From assembly GCA_947478395.1 (NCBI GenBank), contig CANJVR010000004.1, positions 32,001 to 96,000 on the forward strand: a DNA stretch of 64,000 nucleotides. Reading direction: 5' to 3'. Position numbers and translations under genes: made by a program. Shown piece by piece: positions 29,308 to 39,106 of the stretch (position 1 is its first letter; the number at the start of each line of letters is the position of its first letter). This stretch comes from Opitutia bacterium. Its GTDB lineage: Bacteria > Verrucomicrobiota > Verrucomicrobiia > Opitutales > Opitutaceae. The notes beneath the pieces are model-generated. The model did no database searches, was not told the DNA's origin, and was given only the letters and a program-made list of their open reading frames with translations.

Positions 29308-29338
29308 TAGCGCGGTGCTGCAGCCCGTGCTATTTTGT
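29308..29338 (+). terminator. Hairpin between the convergent GH105 and kduD genes
   Basis: TAGCGCGG...CCGTGCTA stem followed by TTTTGTT. Confidence 0.4.
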
Positions 29339-30111
29339 TATCGTCCGCACCAACCGCCATCCACGGCCATCACGTGGCCGCTGAGATAATCGCTCGCCGC
29401 AGAGGCGAGAAACACAATCGCGCCTTCCAGGTCGGCAGGTTCGCCCCAACGGGCCGCGGGAATGCGACTGAGGATTTCTTTTGAGCGCACGGCGTCAGCC
29501 TGCAGGGCGGCTGTGTTGTCGGTGCGCATGTAGCCCGGCGCGATGGCGTTCACGTTGATGCCCTTGCTCGCCCATTCATTCGACAGCGCTTTCGTGAGCT
29601 GGCCGACCGCGCCTTTACTCGCGGCGTAACCGGGTACCGTGATGCCGCCGAAAAACGTAAGTAACGAGGCAATGTTGATGATTTTGCCCGAACCGCGCGC
29701 GATCATGTGCTGGCCGGCGGCGCGGCAGGCGGTGAACACGCCGTTCAAGTTGACGTCGATCACCGCGTCCCAATCGGCGTCGGTGTGATCCGCCGCCGGC
29801 GTGCGTCGGATGATGCCGGCGTTGTTGACGAGAATGTCGAGATGGCCCTGCCAGGCGATCGCTTGGTCGATCAAGCGCTGCACATCGGCGCGCTGGCCCA
29901 GATCAGCGGCGATGGCGGTGGCTTTGACGCCGAGCGCGGAGAGTTCAGCGACGACCGGCGCGAGCTTGGCGGGATCGCGGCCGTTGACGATGACGTCGGC
30001 CCCGGCCTGAGCGAGTGCGCGAGCCATAGCTTTGCCGAGGCCCTGGGAGGAACCCGTGACGAGCGCGACTTTGCCGCGGAGGCCGAATTTTTGTTCGAGA
30101 AATGAGGGCAT
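29338..30111 (-). CDS. kduD: 2-dehydro-3-deoxy-D-gluconate 5-dehydrogenase (KduD-like SDR)
   Basis: TGSSQGLG, NNAGIIRR, YAASKG, NAIAPGYM.TDNT.ALQAD..RS..IL.RIPA.RWG; adjacent to kduI. Confidence 0.88.
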   Translation of the reverse strand: MPSFLEQKFGLRGKVALVTGSSQGLGKAMARALAQAGADVIVNGRDPAKLAPVVAELSALGVKATAIAADLGQRADVQRLIDQAIAWQGHLDILVNNAGIIRRTPAADHTDADWDAVIDVNLNGVFTACRAAGQHMIARGSGKIINIASLLTFFGGITVPGYAASKGAVGQLTKALSNEWASKGINVNAIAPGYMRTDNTAALQADAVRSKEILSRIPAARWGEPADLEGAIVFLASAASDYLSGHVMAVDGGWCGR

Positions 30112-30176
30112 GAAAATGGGTATGGGCGCGAGCGTTTGGGCCCTGCGGTGATGACTGGGCCGGTGGGACGCTGAAT

Positions 30177-31001
30177 TTATTTCAGCGTCGCGATGGGCGC
30201 CGGGTCCATGTCGGCGAACACCTGATTGTCGCCACCCATCGCCCAGACGAAACGATACGCTCCGGTGCCAACGCCGCAGTGAACGGACCACGCGGGCGAG
30301 AGCACGGCTTCGCGGTCGCGCACGACGAGATGACGCGTAGCTTGCGGCTCGCCCATAAAGTGCATCGCAATGTTTTCGCCGAGATCGAAGTAGAGGTAAA
30401 TTTCTGTGCGCCGGCTGTGGGTGTGCGGCGGCATTGTGTTCCAAATGCTACCCGGCTCGAATTCCGTGAAGCCGAGCACCAGCTGGCAGCTCTTGATGCC
30501 GTCGAGGTGAATGTACTTCAGAATCGTGCGCCGGTTGGCCTTGGTTACATCGCCGATCGGTGTGGCCGTCACATCCGCGCGACGTGCGAGCGCCGTAGGA
30601 TGTTTCGCGTGGGCCGGCGTGCTTACGAAATAAAACTGCGCCTGGCCGCTCGGGCCGTTTTCGAAGGTCACGTCTTTCTCGCCGAGGCCGATGTAAAGAC
30701 AGTCGAGCGAGGCGAGCGTGTAACTGGTGCCTCCCACTTTCACGGTGCCGGCGGCGCCGAGATTGAGGATGCCGATTTCGCGGCGCTCGAGGAAGAAGCT
30801 CGTGCCGAGTTCCTTGTCAGCTGGCAGTCCGAGCGGCGCGGTCGTCGGTACCGCGGCGCCGCAAATCATACGATCGAGATCCGTGTAATGCGCCACGACG
30901 GCGCCCGGCTGGAAAAGTCCGCCGATGAGAAATGTTTCGCGCAGATCGGCAGTCGAAAGCGTGTTGGTGGCGGCAGGCGTCGGAAAATAATGAAGTTTCA
31001 T
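30177..31001 (-). CDS. kduI: 5-dehydro-4-deoxy-D-glucuronate isomerase
   Basis: FLERREIG, SCQLVLG.T, WNTMPPHTHSRR.EIYLYF, HFMGEPQ.TRH, WAMGGDNQ. Confidence 0.95.
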   Translation of the reverse strand: MKLHYFPTPAATNTLSTADLRETFLIGGLFQPGAVVAHYTDLDRMICGAAVPTTAPLGLPADKELGTSFFLERREIGILNLGAAGTVKVGGTSYTLASLDCLYIGLGEKDVTFENGPSGQAQFYFVSTPAHAKHPTALARRADVTATPIGDVTKANRRTILKYIHLDGIKSCQLVLGFTEFEPGSIWNTMPPHTHSRRTEIYLYFDLGENIAMHFMGEPQATRHLVVRDREAVLSPAWSVHCGVGTGAYRFVWAMGGDNQVFADMDPAPIATLK

Positions 31002-31049
31002 GTGATGTTACGGGAATATGTACCCTCGTTCGGACGGACCAGAGTCGAC

Positions 31050-32264
31050 TTATTTAATGCTGACTTTGACGGGCGATTTCGCGCGCGACGCCATCGTGGC
31101 AACGTAGGTGTTCCACTGTTCCTTGGTGGTGAACTCGCCGGCTTTTGACCAGCCGCCGCCGACATAGTACGTCAGGGCTTTGCCGGACGTGACGGTAGCG
31201 AGAATGAGTTGATTTACCTTGTCCTCGGCGAAGCCCTGCAGCGCGCTGGGTACGACGATACCTTCGCCGATGGAACCGTTGGTTTTTTGCGTTTCCCACT
31301 GGGTAAACCAGCCGTCGGCTTGATTTTTTGTGACGTCAATTTTGTCGCTCTGGCCGCGGTCGGCGCTGTCCTTGTTGACGCCGATGGCGACGAGAATCTC
31401 CTTGCCGCCCTCGAAGGTGAACGTGCTCTCGATTCGATCCAAATTGTGTCCGGCATCGACCGTGAAACGCTTCACCTCGGAGACCTTGGTGCCAGCGGCG
31501 TCCCAGGCGTCGTACGTTAACTCGAAGATCGCGCGGATCGGGCCGTTCGCGATCACATTCCAGGTTTTGTAGTTGCGCCCGACGTAGAGTTTCTGGCCAT
31601 CCCAGACGCCGGTGCCGCCGCAACCGCGCGAGGTGCCGACTTGGTACATGTCCATGCCTTCGCCCTCGTCCTTGTGGTAGTGATCGTGGCCCTTGTTGTA
31701 CCAGCGATCGACGACGGGATAAGCCACGCGTTTGCTCCAAATATCGAGGCCGCTGGTCACGAGGACTTCCTTGCCGCGCTTCGGCTCGTCGGGGGCGGCC
31801 AGGGCGGGGCCGTACGTGCGGTGGGCGAGCTTGTCGTTTTCCCATGCGAAATCATCGAGGCGCTCGGGCACAAAACGCGCGAAGACCTTGGACGGGAAAA
31901 CGGGCGCGACCTCGGTGATCAATTCGACGGTGAACGTCGCGGATTTTTCGCCCGCCGCGAAGTCGTGCTGGAAAATTAAATCGCCGTAAGCGATGCCCTT
32001 GCCCTGGGGGTCTTTTGCTTCTGGGTCGACGTTGGTTACTTGGTAAGGCAGCACGCGACCCGAGGCATCTTTCACGGCGATGTGCTGGAGCTGCACGCCG
32101 GGAAGAACCTCGTTCACCTTGCTCCACGGGACGGTGATCGTCTCCGACGGACGGGCGATGGCGAGATCGTGGGTGACGGTGATGGTGGCTTTGTCAGCGG
32201 AACGAAGGGCCGTGACCGTGGCAACAAAGGCCAGCACCAGGCCGGCAAGACGACAGGTTTTCAT
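31050..32264 (-). CDS. DUF4861 family secreted protein
   Basis: RFVPERLDDFAWEND, GLDIWSK, YHKDEGEGMDMY.VG.S.GCGG, ANGPIRA.FELTY. Confidence 0.85.
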   Translation of the reverse strand: MKTCRLAGLVLAFVATVTALRSADKATITVTHDLAIARPSETITVPWSKVNEVLPGVQLQHIAVKDASGRVLPYQVTNVDPEAKDPQGKGIAYGDLIFQHDFAAGEKSATFTVELITEVAPVFPSKVFARFVPERLDDFAWENDKLAHRTYGPALAAPDEPKRGKEVLVTSGLDIWSKRVAYPVVDRWYNKGHDHYHKDEGEGMDMYQVGTSRGCGGTGVWDGQKLYVGRNYKTWNVIANGPIRAIFELTYDAWDAAGTKVSEVKRFTVDAGHNLDRIESTFTFEGGKEILVAIGVNKDSADRGQSDKIDVTKNQADGWFTQWETQKTNGSIGEGIVVPSALQGFAEDKVNQLILATVTSGKALTYYVGGGWSKAGEFTTKEQWNTYVATMASRAKSPVKVSIK

Positions 32265-32278
32265 AGTGGAAAGGGAGC

Positions 32279-32620
32279 TCACGGAATCACCGGCGCAACC
32301 CGGAACCAATCAAAATCCGCATGGCCGGCTGACGCTTTGCCGGCCATGGTTGAAGCGGCGAAGACGCCGACTTTTGCGCCGACCCAGCGCCCCACGGTCG
32401 CGTGCAGCTCGGTTCCGAACGGCGTGAACGATTGTCCGTCGATGCTGGAGGCGAAGCGGCATTTTGCGTCCGCCACCGTGGCTGGATGGTGGCCGTCTCG
32501 CTGGTGAGCAGGAGCGGGCTGAGCTGAAACGTCGCGAGCGAATCGGCCTCTCTTTTGGAATCGGCACAACCTTCTCCGCAACCATCCCGGCGCGTCACGG
32601 CCGGTGATTTCAATTCTGAA
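32279..32620 (-). pseudogene. Remnant of a GH43-type glycosidase C-terminal beta-sandwich
   Basis: CRFASSIDG.SF..FG....ATVGRWVGAKVGVFA....GHADFDWFRV matches GH43 C-terminal domains; no catalytic domain or credible start; 5' boundary approximate. Confidence 0.65.
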
Positions 32621-32870
32621 TCCTGCGCGCAAACTCCCTTCGGCGAGTGAAACATTTCGACCGACGGCGGCTGTTTTTCAGAGGGAATGTCACTTAATAG
32701 GTGACGTGTTGTCGGCGGCGAAACGCGTCCGGCCAAAGCTCAAGTCGCCAAGCTCGCTCGATGCGGATCGTTTTCGAGGCGGGCGAGTCCGGCGCGGTAA
32801 TTTTTGGGCGCAAAATCGAAGTGCACGCGGCGAATCTCGAGCCCGAGCGCCGCGTGCGCAGACCCAGGCT

Positions 32871-35054
32871 TCAGCGCGATTGCGCGGGGTAGCGGCGGAG
32901 GTCGAGGGTGTGGCGGCCTTCGGGTGGGAAATCGATTTTCGGAATAAAACGCGACTGGCCGACGTTCTTTTCCCACCGCTCCCAGCGCTCGGCGCGGCGC
33001 GTGGCGGCCTCGGCGTCAGTCCCCGGACGCGTGGTATAGTCGGTGTTGCCCGGGTTCCAAACGTGCCAGCGAGCGGCGGCGAGCACGGTCAATGTTTTGC
33101 GGTCGACCCATTCGATGAGCAGCGGTGCATGGATGGGCACGTGCGGCTGGAGCGATGGCGTGAGGTAGAACGCGCGGTAGCGAATTCCGCACGCCGCGCC
33201 GCCATCGGTGGAGGCGCGGAATTCGCAGGGTAGACCGTTGACGAGGAGGAGACCGTGCTCGAGGACCTGGGCATCGGCGACGCGGGCTTCGAGTCGGTCT
33301 AAGCTGGCGTCGACCGTGCGGGCGACGGTGCCGGCGTTGGGCGATTCACCGAGGAGCGGCCAAGCTTCCAGGGCTTGGCGAAACTCGACGGAGAATTTTT
33401 CGCTTTTGGATTTTGGGTCGTGAGATTTGGGTTCGACGGCAAGGCTTCCGACCGTGGGGAAGCGGAATTCCCAAGGTGGGCGCAGCCACTCAGGATCGAA
33501 GACGATGCCGTGAGCTTTGAGGTCGTCGCAAATCGCGACCAAGTCCTGCCACACGAATGCCGGCAGGAAGAAGCGATCATGCAGCTCGCCGGCCCAGCGG
33601 ATGAACGGCGCGGAGAGCGGTGCGGCGCAGAGGCGGGCGAGGATGGCGCGAACGAACAGCGCGGTGATCGATTGCACGGCGCAGTCCGGATGCGTTTCGA
33701 ACGCGCGAAACTCCACGAGCCCGAGACGGCCGTTCGGCGAAAAGGGATTCCATAGTTTGTCGACGCTGATCTCAGCGCGATGGGTGTTGCCGCTGCGATC
33801 CATGAGCAGATCGCGAAAAAGCAGATCGTAGAGCGCGAGGTTCTGCGGCGAGCCGAGGGTCTCGGCGGCGGCGCAGGCGATTTCCAATTCGTAGAGCGCC
33901 TCGTAGGTCGACTCGTCGATGCGCGGCGCCTGCGAACTGGGCCCCATGTAAGCGCCGGTGAAAGCGTAGCTGAGCGACGGGTGCCGTTGAAAATAACGGA
34001 TCACTGAGGGCAGGAGCGCGGGGAACGCGAAGAACGGCGAGTACAGTCCGGGGGGTGCACCGAAAACCAGATGAGCGCCGCCGCCCGTGCCGACCTCGCG
34101 GCCGTTGTGCTGGAGTTTGCGCGCGCAGAGGCCGATGGACGCAGCGGCTCGGAAGAGGTGCGTGAGTTGTCGGTCGTAGTCGGTCCACGTGGCGCACGGC
34201 GCGAGATTGATCTCCAGCACGCCCGGGTCGCTCGCGAGCCCGATCGTGGGCAACGCGGCGTCGGGCGGCGGCACGTAGCCGGCGAGGACGACCCCGGAGA
34301 GTTTGGTTGCAACGAGTGCGGCTTCGATTTTTCCGATCAGCTCGACGTAGGATGCGAGCAGGAGCGGGGGAATGAAAACGGTGAGTGTCCCGTCGCGAAT
34401 TTCGACGGTGAGGGCGCGGCGGAGATTTTTTTCGGCCAGTTGACCGAGCGGGAGGCGAAGGCCCACGGGACTTTCACCGGGGAAAAGAGCCAGCGGTTTT
34501 CCGCCGAACACGTGCGTCCAGTTGTCGCTGATCCAAGCGCCGGATGGATGATCGAGCGGCAGAGCATACCCGACCGCGGTTTCAGGTGCATCGGTCTCGG
34601 CCACCGGCTGGGCGTCGCCCGCGTCGACGCCGAGGGCGCTCGCGAGTGCGGTGAGAAATTTTTTCACCTGAGCGAGCGTGTGGTGCCCGGGGCTGGTGTC
34701 GGCGGCGAGCAGCGAAAGGTTGTGCCAGAGCGGATGGCCGTCGGCGCGATGCTGCACAAGCAAGGCCCACCGAGGAAGCGGTTCGCCGGGATAATGTTTG
34801 CCGGAGGTTTCCAGAATGACGGAGCCGGGAACGGCGGTGCGAATGAGAGCGTGGGCGAGCTGTCGCGCGTAGGCGAGTTTGGTCGGGCCGAGCGCGGCGG
34901 TCTGCCATTCGGCGCCGTCGGGAATCACCGGAACGAAGGTGGGCTCGCCGCCCATGGTGAGGGCGATGCCGCTGCGCTTGAGCGATGCTTCTACGGCCTC
35001 GCCGCAGGTGTGGATATCTTGCCAGACGGAGGTGGCGTAAGGGGCGTGTGACAT
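32871..35054 (-). CDS. DUF2126 putative amidoligase (transglutaminase-associated)
   Basis: LTMGGEPTFV, GKHYPGEPLPRWAL, DPGVLEIN, GTGGGAH, GPSSQAPRIDE, GNTHRAEI..DKL, GRLGLVEFRAFE, HTLDLR. Confidence 0.9.
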   Translation of the reverse strand: MSHAPYATSVWQDIHTCGEAVEASLKRSGIALTMGGEPTFVPVIPDGAEWQTAALGPTKLAYARQLAHALIRTAVPGSVILETSGKHYPGEPLPRWALLVQHRADGHPLWHNLSLLAADTSPGHHTLAQVKKFLTALASALGVDAGDAQPVAETDAPETAVGYALPLDHPSGAWISDNWTHVFGGKPLALFPGESPVGLRLPLGQLAEKNLRRALTVEIRDGTLTVFIPPLLLASYVELIGKIEAALVATKLSGVVLAGYVPPPDAALPTIGLASDPGVLEINLAPCATWTDYDRQLTHLFRAAASIGLCARKLQHNGREVGTGGGAHLVFGAPPGLYSPFFAFPALLPSVIRYFQRHPSLSYAFTGAYMGPSSQAPRIDESTYEALYELEIACAAAETLGSPQNLALYDLLFRDLLMDRSGNTHRAEISVDKLWNPFSPNGRLGLVEFRAFETHPDCAVQSITALFVRAILARLCAAPLSAPFIRWAGELHDRFFLPAFVWQDLVAICDDLKAHGIVFDPEWLRPPWEFRFPTVGSLAVEPKSHDPKSKSEKFSVEFRQALEAWPLLGESPNAGTVARTVDASLDRLEARVADAQVLEHGLLLVNGLPCEFRASTDGGAACGIRYRAFYLTPSLQPHVPIHAPLLIEWVDRKTLTVLAAARWHVWNPGNTDYTTRPGTDAEAATRRAERWERWEKNVGQSRFIPKIDFPPEGRHTLDLRRYPAQSR

Positions 35055-35142
35055 CAGGCCAGTAGGTCGAAGCGGAACGATTGATTTACGGAATAAAGGA
35101 GGAAAGCGTCACGTGAAGGCGATGGAGAGCGCGGCGGGCGGT

Positions 35143-36006
35143 TCAGAGTTTTTGGACCGTGAGTTCGTGGTGCAGGCTGGAGGTGACGGGGCTGGCGCCG
35201 TAGAAAGCGCCTTGGATGGGATTAACCGTTTCGGCGAGGGCGGCGTGAGCGACGGGAACAAAGGCGTCGTCGCAGAGCACCGCATGCGTGGGGTCGAGTC
35301 CGCGCCAGCCTGCGCCCGGAAGATAGACTTCAGCCCAAGCGTGCATCGCCGGGGATGCCGAGGGGGAGCCGTTGGCGAACGGTGGCTCGTACAGGTAGCC
35401 GCTGACGAAGCGGGCGGCGAGGCCGACGAGGCGGCAGAGTTCAATGAAGAGTACGGCGTAGTCGCGGCAGGAACCGGAACCGAGGCTCAGCGTGTCGGTG
35501 GACGACTGGATGCCGGGAACGTCGCGCCGATTGTAAGTCAGGCTGCGATTCACCGCGGCGTTGAGTTCGGTGACAAAGGAAACGGTCTCCGTGGGCGGAT
35601 GGGGGAGATGTTGCGCGAGCCAAGCCTGAAGCGGAGCGGGATCGAGCGGGGCGCTGAGGCAGGGCGCGAGGACGAATTTTTCCGCGAAGTCGTAGGTGAA
35701 CGGAAATGTGAGCGCGGTGGGCTTGAGCAGAAAATCGAAGGGATTTGCATCGAGCGTCTCGACCATGAACTCGGTGCGGAACTCCAGCACCGAGGCGCGG
35801 GTTTCGATTGGGAAATAAGCCCAGTCGAGCGGGTTTTCCTGCATGTCGCTCGTGGCGACCACGCGGGCGGTGGGCGAAATGGTCAGCGCAAAATTGTGCA
35901 GACGCTGGCGGGTCGTCTCGCGCGGCCGAAGGTAGAGGGCGTGGGCATCGAATCCGACTGATTTGGAATATTCGTAGCGGGAAAGATGGGAGATGCGGAG
36001 AAACAT
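35143..36006 (-). CDS. Transglutaminase-like protein (Bact_transglu_N + core)
   Basis: Catalytic triad motifs GSCRDYA, MHAWAEVYLPGAGW, GLDPT. Confidence 0.92.
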   Translation of the reverse strand: MFLRISHLSRYEYSKSVGFDAHALYLRPRETTRQRLHNFALTISPTARVVATSDMQENPLDWAYFPIETRASVLEFRTEFMVETLDANPFDFLLKPTALTFPFTYDFAEKFVLAPCLSAPLDPAPLQAWLAQHLPHPPTETVSFVTELNAAVNRSLTYNRRDVPGIQSSTDTLSLGSGSCRDYAVLFIELCRLVGLAARFVSGYLYEPPFANGSPSASPAMHAWAEVYLPGAGWRGLDPTHAVLCDDAFVPVAHAALAETVNPIQGAFYGASPVTSSLHHELTVQKL

Positions 36007-36039
36007 GCGTTAAGCTCAGGCCGGAAATGACGGATAAAC

Positions 36040-36064
36040 GACGCCGGCCCGATGAGCCGGCGTC
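36040..36064 (-). terminator. GC-rich hairpin downstream of threonine aldolase
   Basis: GACGCCGGC-N7-GCCGGCGTC perfect 9-bp stem; short T run only. Confidence 0.35.
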
Positions 36065-36097
36065 GGTCCAGTGGTTTGTTGGTACCAGGCCTGTAGC

Positions 36098-37201
36098 TCA
36101 AACCTTGCCGTTTAGCGCAGATTTTAGATCGGCAATAAAACGCGTGATATCTTCCGAGCGGGTGGACCACGAGCACATGAGCCGGTAGCCGTGCTCGCCG
36201 ATGAACGGATAAAAATGCCAGCCGCGAGCCCGCATCGCGGCGGAGGCGGCGGGTGGAAGATTGACGAAGACGGCGTTGGCCTCGGGCTCGAGCGCGAGAG
36301 TGACCCCGGGTAACGGACGCAGGGCGGCGGCGAGAGTTTGAGCGGCAGCGTTGGCGTGAGCGGCGTGGCGGAGCCAGGCGCCGTCGGCGAGCACGGCGGC
36401 CCACTGGGCGCTGGCGAAGCGCTGTTTGGACGCGAGCTGGCCGGATTGTTTGACGCGGGCGGCGAAATCGCGGGCCAGGGACGGGTTGAAAAATACGACG
36501 GCCTCGGTCGTGAGCAGACCGTTTTTCGTACCGCCGAAACAAAGGACATCGACGCCGGCGCGCCAAGTGAGATCAGCCGGCGAGGCGGCGGGCACTACGC
36601 TCGGGCGCGGTGCGGCGCTCTGCTCAAGGGGAGATTTCGAAGTAAATACTGCCGCGGCGTTGGCGAAGCGGGCGCCGTCGAGGTGCACGTGCAGGCCGCG
36701 GGCGTGTGCGAGGTCGGCCAGGGCGCGGAGCTCCTCGGGTGAGTAGAGGGTGCCGAGCTCGGTCGATTGCGTGAGCGAGAGCGCGGCAGGTTTCGGGAAA
36801 TGAATGCCGTGGCCGCGGCTGAGGGCGCGCTCGATTTCGGCGGCGGCGAGCTTTCCACGGGCGCCGGGGAGCGGCAGGAGTTTACTGCCACCGGTGAAAA
36901 ACTCCGGCGCGCCGCACTCGTCGGTGTCGATGTGGGCGACCTCGTGGCAGAGGATACTTTGGTAACGGGAGCAAAGGGCGGAGAGCGCCAGCGCGTTGGC
37001 GGCAGTGCCGTTGAAGACGAAGAAGGTTTCGCAGTCGGTCTCGAAGAGCTCGCGCATCAATTGCTGCGCGCGGAAAGTGAAAGGGTCTTCGCCGTAGCTC
37101 GCCGACGGGCCGTCATTGGCGGCGTGCAAGGCCGCGAGCGCCTCGGGGCAGATGCCGGCGGTGTTGTCGCTGGCGAAGGTGTAGTCGTGGCGGACGGACA
37201 T
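36098..37201 (-). CDS. Low-specificity L-threonine aldolase (PLP)
   Basis: FASDN, FNGTAANAL, DECGAPEFF, HLDGARFANA, FGGTKNG, KQSGQLASK. Confidence 0.92.
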   Translation of the reverse strand: MSVRHDYTFASDNTAGICPEALAALHAANDGPSASYGEDPFTFRAQQLMRELFETDCETFFVFNGTAANALALSALCSRYQSILCHEVAHIDTDECGAPEFFTGGSKLLPLPGARGKLAAAEIERALSRGHGIHFPKPAALSLTQSTELGTLYSPEELRALADLAHARGLHVHLDGARFANAAAVFTSKSPLEQSAAPRPSVVPAASPADLTWRAGVDVLCFGGTKNGLLTTEAVVFFNPSLARDFAARVKQSGQLASKQRFASAQWAAVLADGAWLRHAAHANAAAQTLAAALRPLPGVTLALEPEANAVFVNLPPAASAAMRARGWHFYPFIGEHGYRLMCSWSTRSEDITRFIADLKSALNGKV

Positions 37202-37333
37202 AGCGGCGGTTTCCTCGTGAGCGACAGCGGATGCCGCGCCCAAGGCAAAACGATTTACGTTCCCGCCATTAGTGGTCGCCGTTTCGCGATTGGCAATCGT
37301 TGACCCGCAAGGTTGCGTGCACCTGCACACGCG

Positions 37334-37885
37334 ATGAACGCAGCAGATGTTAATCTCTATCTGGTCGGCTTTATGGGCACGGGTAAAAGCACCGTGGGCC
37401 GGGCGGTCGCGCATAAACTAGGTTTTGCGTTGTTGGACAGCGATCACGAGATCGAGCGGGTGCAGGGGAAAGGCATCCCGGCAATTTTCGCACAGGACGG
37501 CGAACCGGTCTTTCGCGCGATGGAGCGGACATTTATCGAGAGCGGACACGCGTCCGAACGCACGGTGATTTCATGCGGCGGCGGACTGGTGGTCCAGCCG
37601 GGGATGTTGCCGCTCTTAAAACACCGGGGTGTGGTGGTTTGCCTGCATGCCTCGGTCGAGACGATTCTCGAGCGCACGAGTCGCCAGAAGAACCGGCCGC
37701 TGTTGGAAGTGGAGGATCCCGAGCTCAGGATTCGAAAACTTTTCGCGGAGCGCGAACCGATCTACCGGACCACAGGCAGCGTGATTCTTACGGATGCGCG
37801 GCCCATGACGGACATCGTGACGCACGTGTTGCGCGTGTGGCGGCGCGATGCGGCGGATTTTGTGCGCGAGGCGGCGACCCGCTGA
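37334..37885 (+). CDS. aroK: Shikimate kinase
   Basis: LVGFMGTGKSTVG, DSD, GE..FR..E, ISCGGG, RPLL, R.PIY. Confidence 0.95.
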   Translation: MNAADVNLYLVGFMGTGKSTVGRAVAHKLGFALLDSDHEIERVQGKGIPAIFAQDGEPVFRAMERTFIESGHASERTVISCGGGLVVQPGMLPLLKHRGVVVCLHASVETILERTSRQKNRPLLEVEDPELRIRKLFAEREPIYRTTGSVILTDARPMTDIVTHVLRVWRRDAADFVREAATR

Positions 37886-37887
37886 AG

Positions 37888-39051
37888 ATGGACGCACGGC
37901 AGGAAGAGTTGCGGCGTCGGCTGGCTGCGTTGGGATTCGACGATGTGCGTTTCGCGGCGCTGGCCGGGTTGCACGACGAAACCCTGCGCGCATGGCTGGC
38001 GGCGGGCTATCACGGTGAAATGCAGTGGATGGAGCGCACCGCGGAGAAACGACTGCAACCGGAGTTGGTCCTGTCGGGCGCGCGTTCGGTGATCATGCTG
38101 GGCGTCAGTTATGCGCCGGATGCGGAGCAGCGTGGCTCGCCGGCCGAAGGTGCGGCGAGCTTAGCGCGACCGGTGTGGGCCCGCTACGCGTTGCATGAGG
38201 ATTATCATGATACCATCAAACCGGCGCTCGTCGCGGCGGGGCGTATCGTCGAGGAAATTTACGGCGTGCGGGAGAAGGACTATCGCTACTACGTCGATAC
38301 CGGACCGGTGCTGGAGCGCGGCTGGGCGGCGCGGGCGGGTTTGGGTTTCATCGGTAAGAATGCGATGCTGATTTCGCGGCGACATGGAAACTGGCTGTTC
38401 CTGGCGTCGCTGTTAACGACGGTTGAATTCACCCCGGATGCGCCCGTGCGAAAAAAAATCCCCGAGCCTGAGGCGGGGAAAGAAGCCGTCGGCCTGCTCT
38501 GCGGAAAGTGCACCCGTTGCCTCGACGCCTGCCCGACGGATGCGTTTGCCGCGCCGGGCGTCGTGGATTCGCGCCGGTGCGTTTCCTACCAGACGATCGA
38601 AAACAAAGGCGTGATTCCGCGTGAACTTAGAGCGGGAATCGGCCGCCGCGTTTATGGCTGCGATGTGTGCCTCGAAGTTTGCCCCTGGAACCGTTTTGCG
38701 CAGGCGGGGCGCGCCACGCTGCTGGTGGCGCGAAGGGAACTGGCGGAGTTGACCGTGCGTGAAATCCTCGCGCTCACGCCGGAGCGTTTCGCGGCGGTGT
38801 TTCGCCGCACACCGATCAAGCGGGTGAAACTCGCCGGGCTTTTGCGCAACGCCTGCGTCGTCGCGGGCAATTCGGGCGACGCGAGCCTGATCGAGCCGTT
38901 GCTCGAACTCGTGACCCATGGGTTACCGTTGGTGCGGGCGCATGCAGTGTGGGCGGTTCGAAAACTGGGAGGAGCAGACAGGCTCGCAACCGCGCGTGAA
39001 ATCGAGACGGATGCGAGCGTACTCGAAGAATACGCGGCGGAAATCGTCTGA
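37888..39051 (+). CDS. queG: tRNA epoxyqueuosine(34) reductase
   Basis: RYA..DYH, YVDTGPVLER, GFIGKN, CGKCTRCLDACPT, YGCDVCLEVCPWN. Confidence 0.95.
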   Translation: MDARQEELRRRLAALGFDDVRFAALAGLHDETLRAWLAAGYHGEMQWMERTAEKRLQPELVLSGARSVIMLGVSYAPDAEQRGSPAEGAASLARPVWARYALHEDYHDTIKPALVAAGRIVEEIYGVREKDYRYYVDTGPVLERGWAARAGLGFIGKNAMLISRRHGNWLFLASLLTTVEFTPDAPVRKKIPEPEAGKEAVGLLCGKCTRCLDACPTDAFAAPGVVDSRRCVSYQTIENKGVIPRELRAGIGRRVYGCDVCLEVCPWNRFAQAGRATLLVARRELAELTVREILALTPERFAAVFRRTPIKRVKLAGLLRNACVVAGNSGDASLIEPLLELVTHGLPLVRAHAVWAVRKLGGADRLATAREIETDASVLEEYAAEIV

Positions 39052-39106
39052 CCGAAACAAAGCGACCCGGACTCGAGAGGTTTATGTTTTCCTTGGCCGT
39101 TTTGGG

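Noticed and set aside
36585..36655. Apparent ~20-aa insertion in threonine aldolase (VFTSKSPLEQSAAPRPSVVP) as a repeat-derived insert
   Set aside because: No convincing match to the repeat families in this window; cannot be supported without an alignment.
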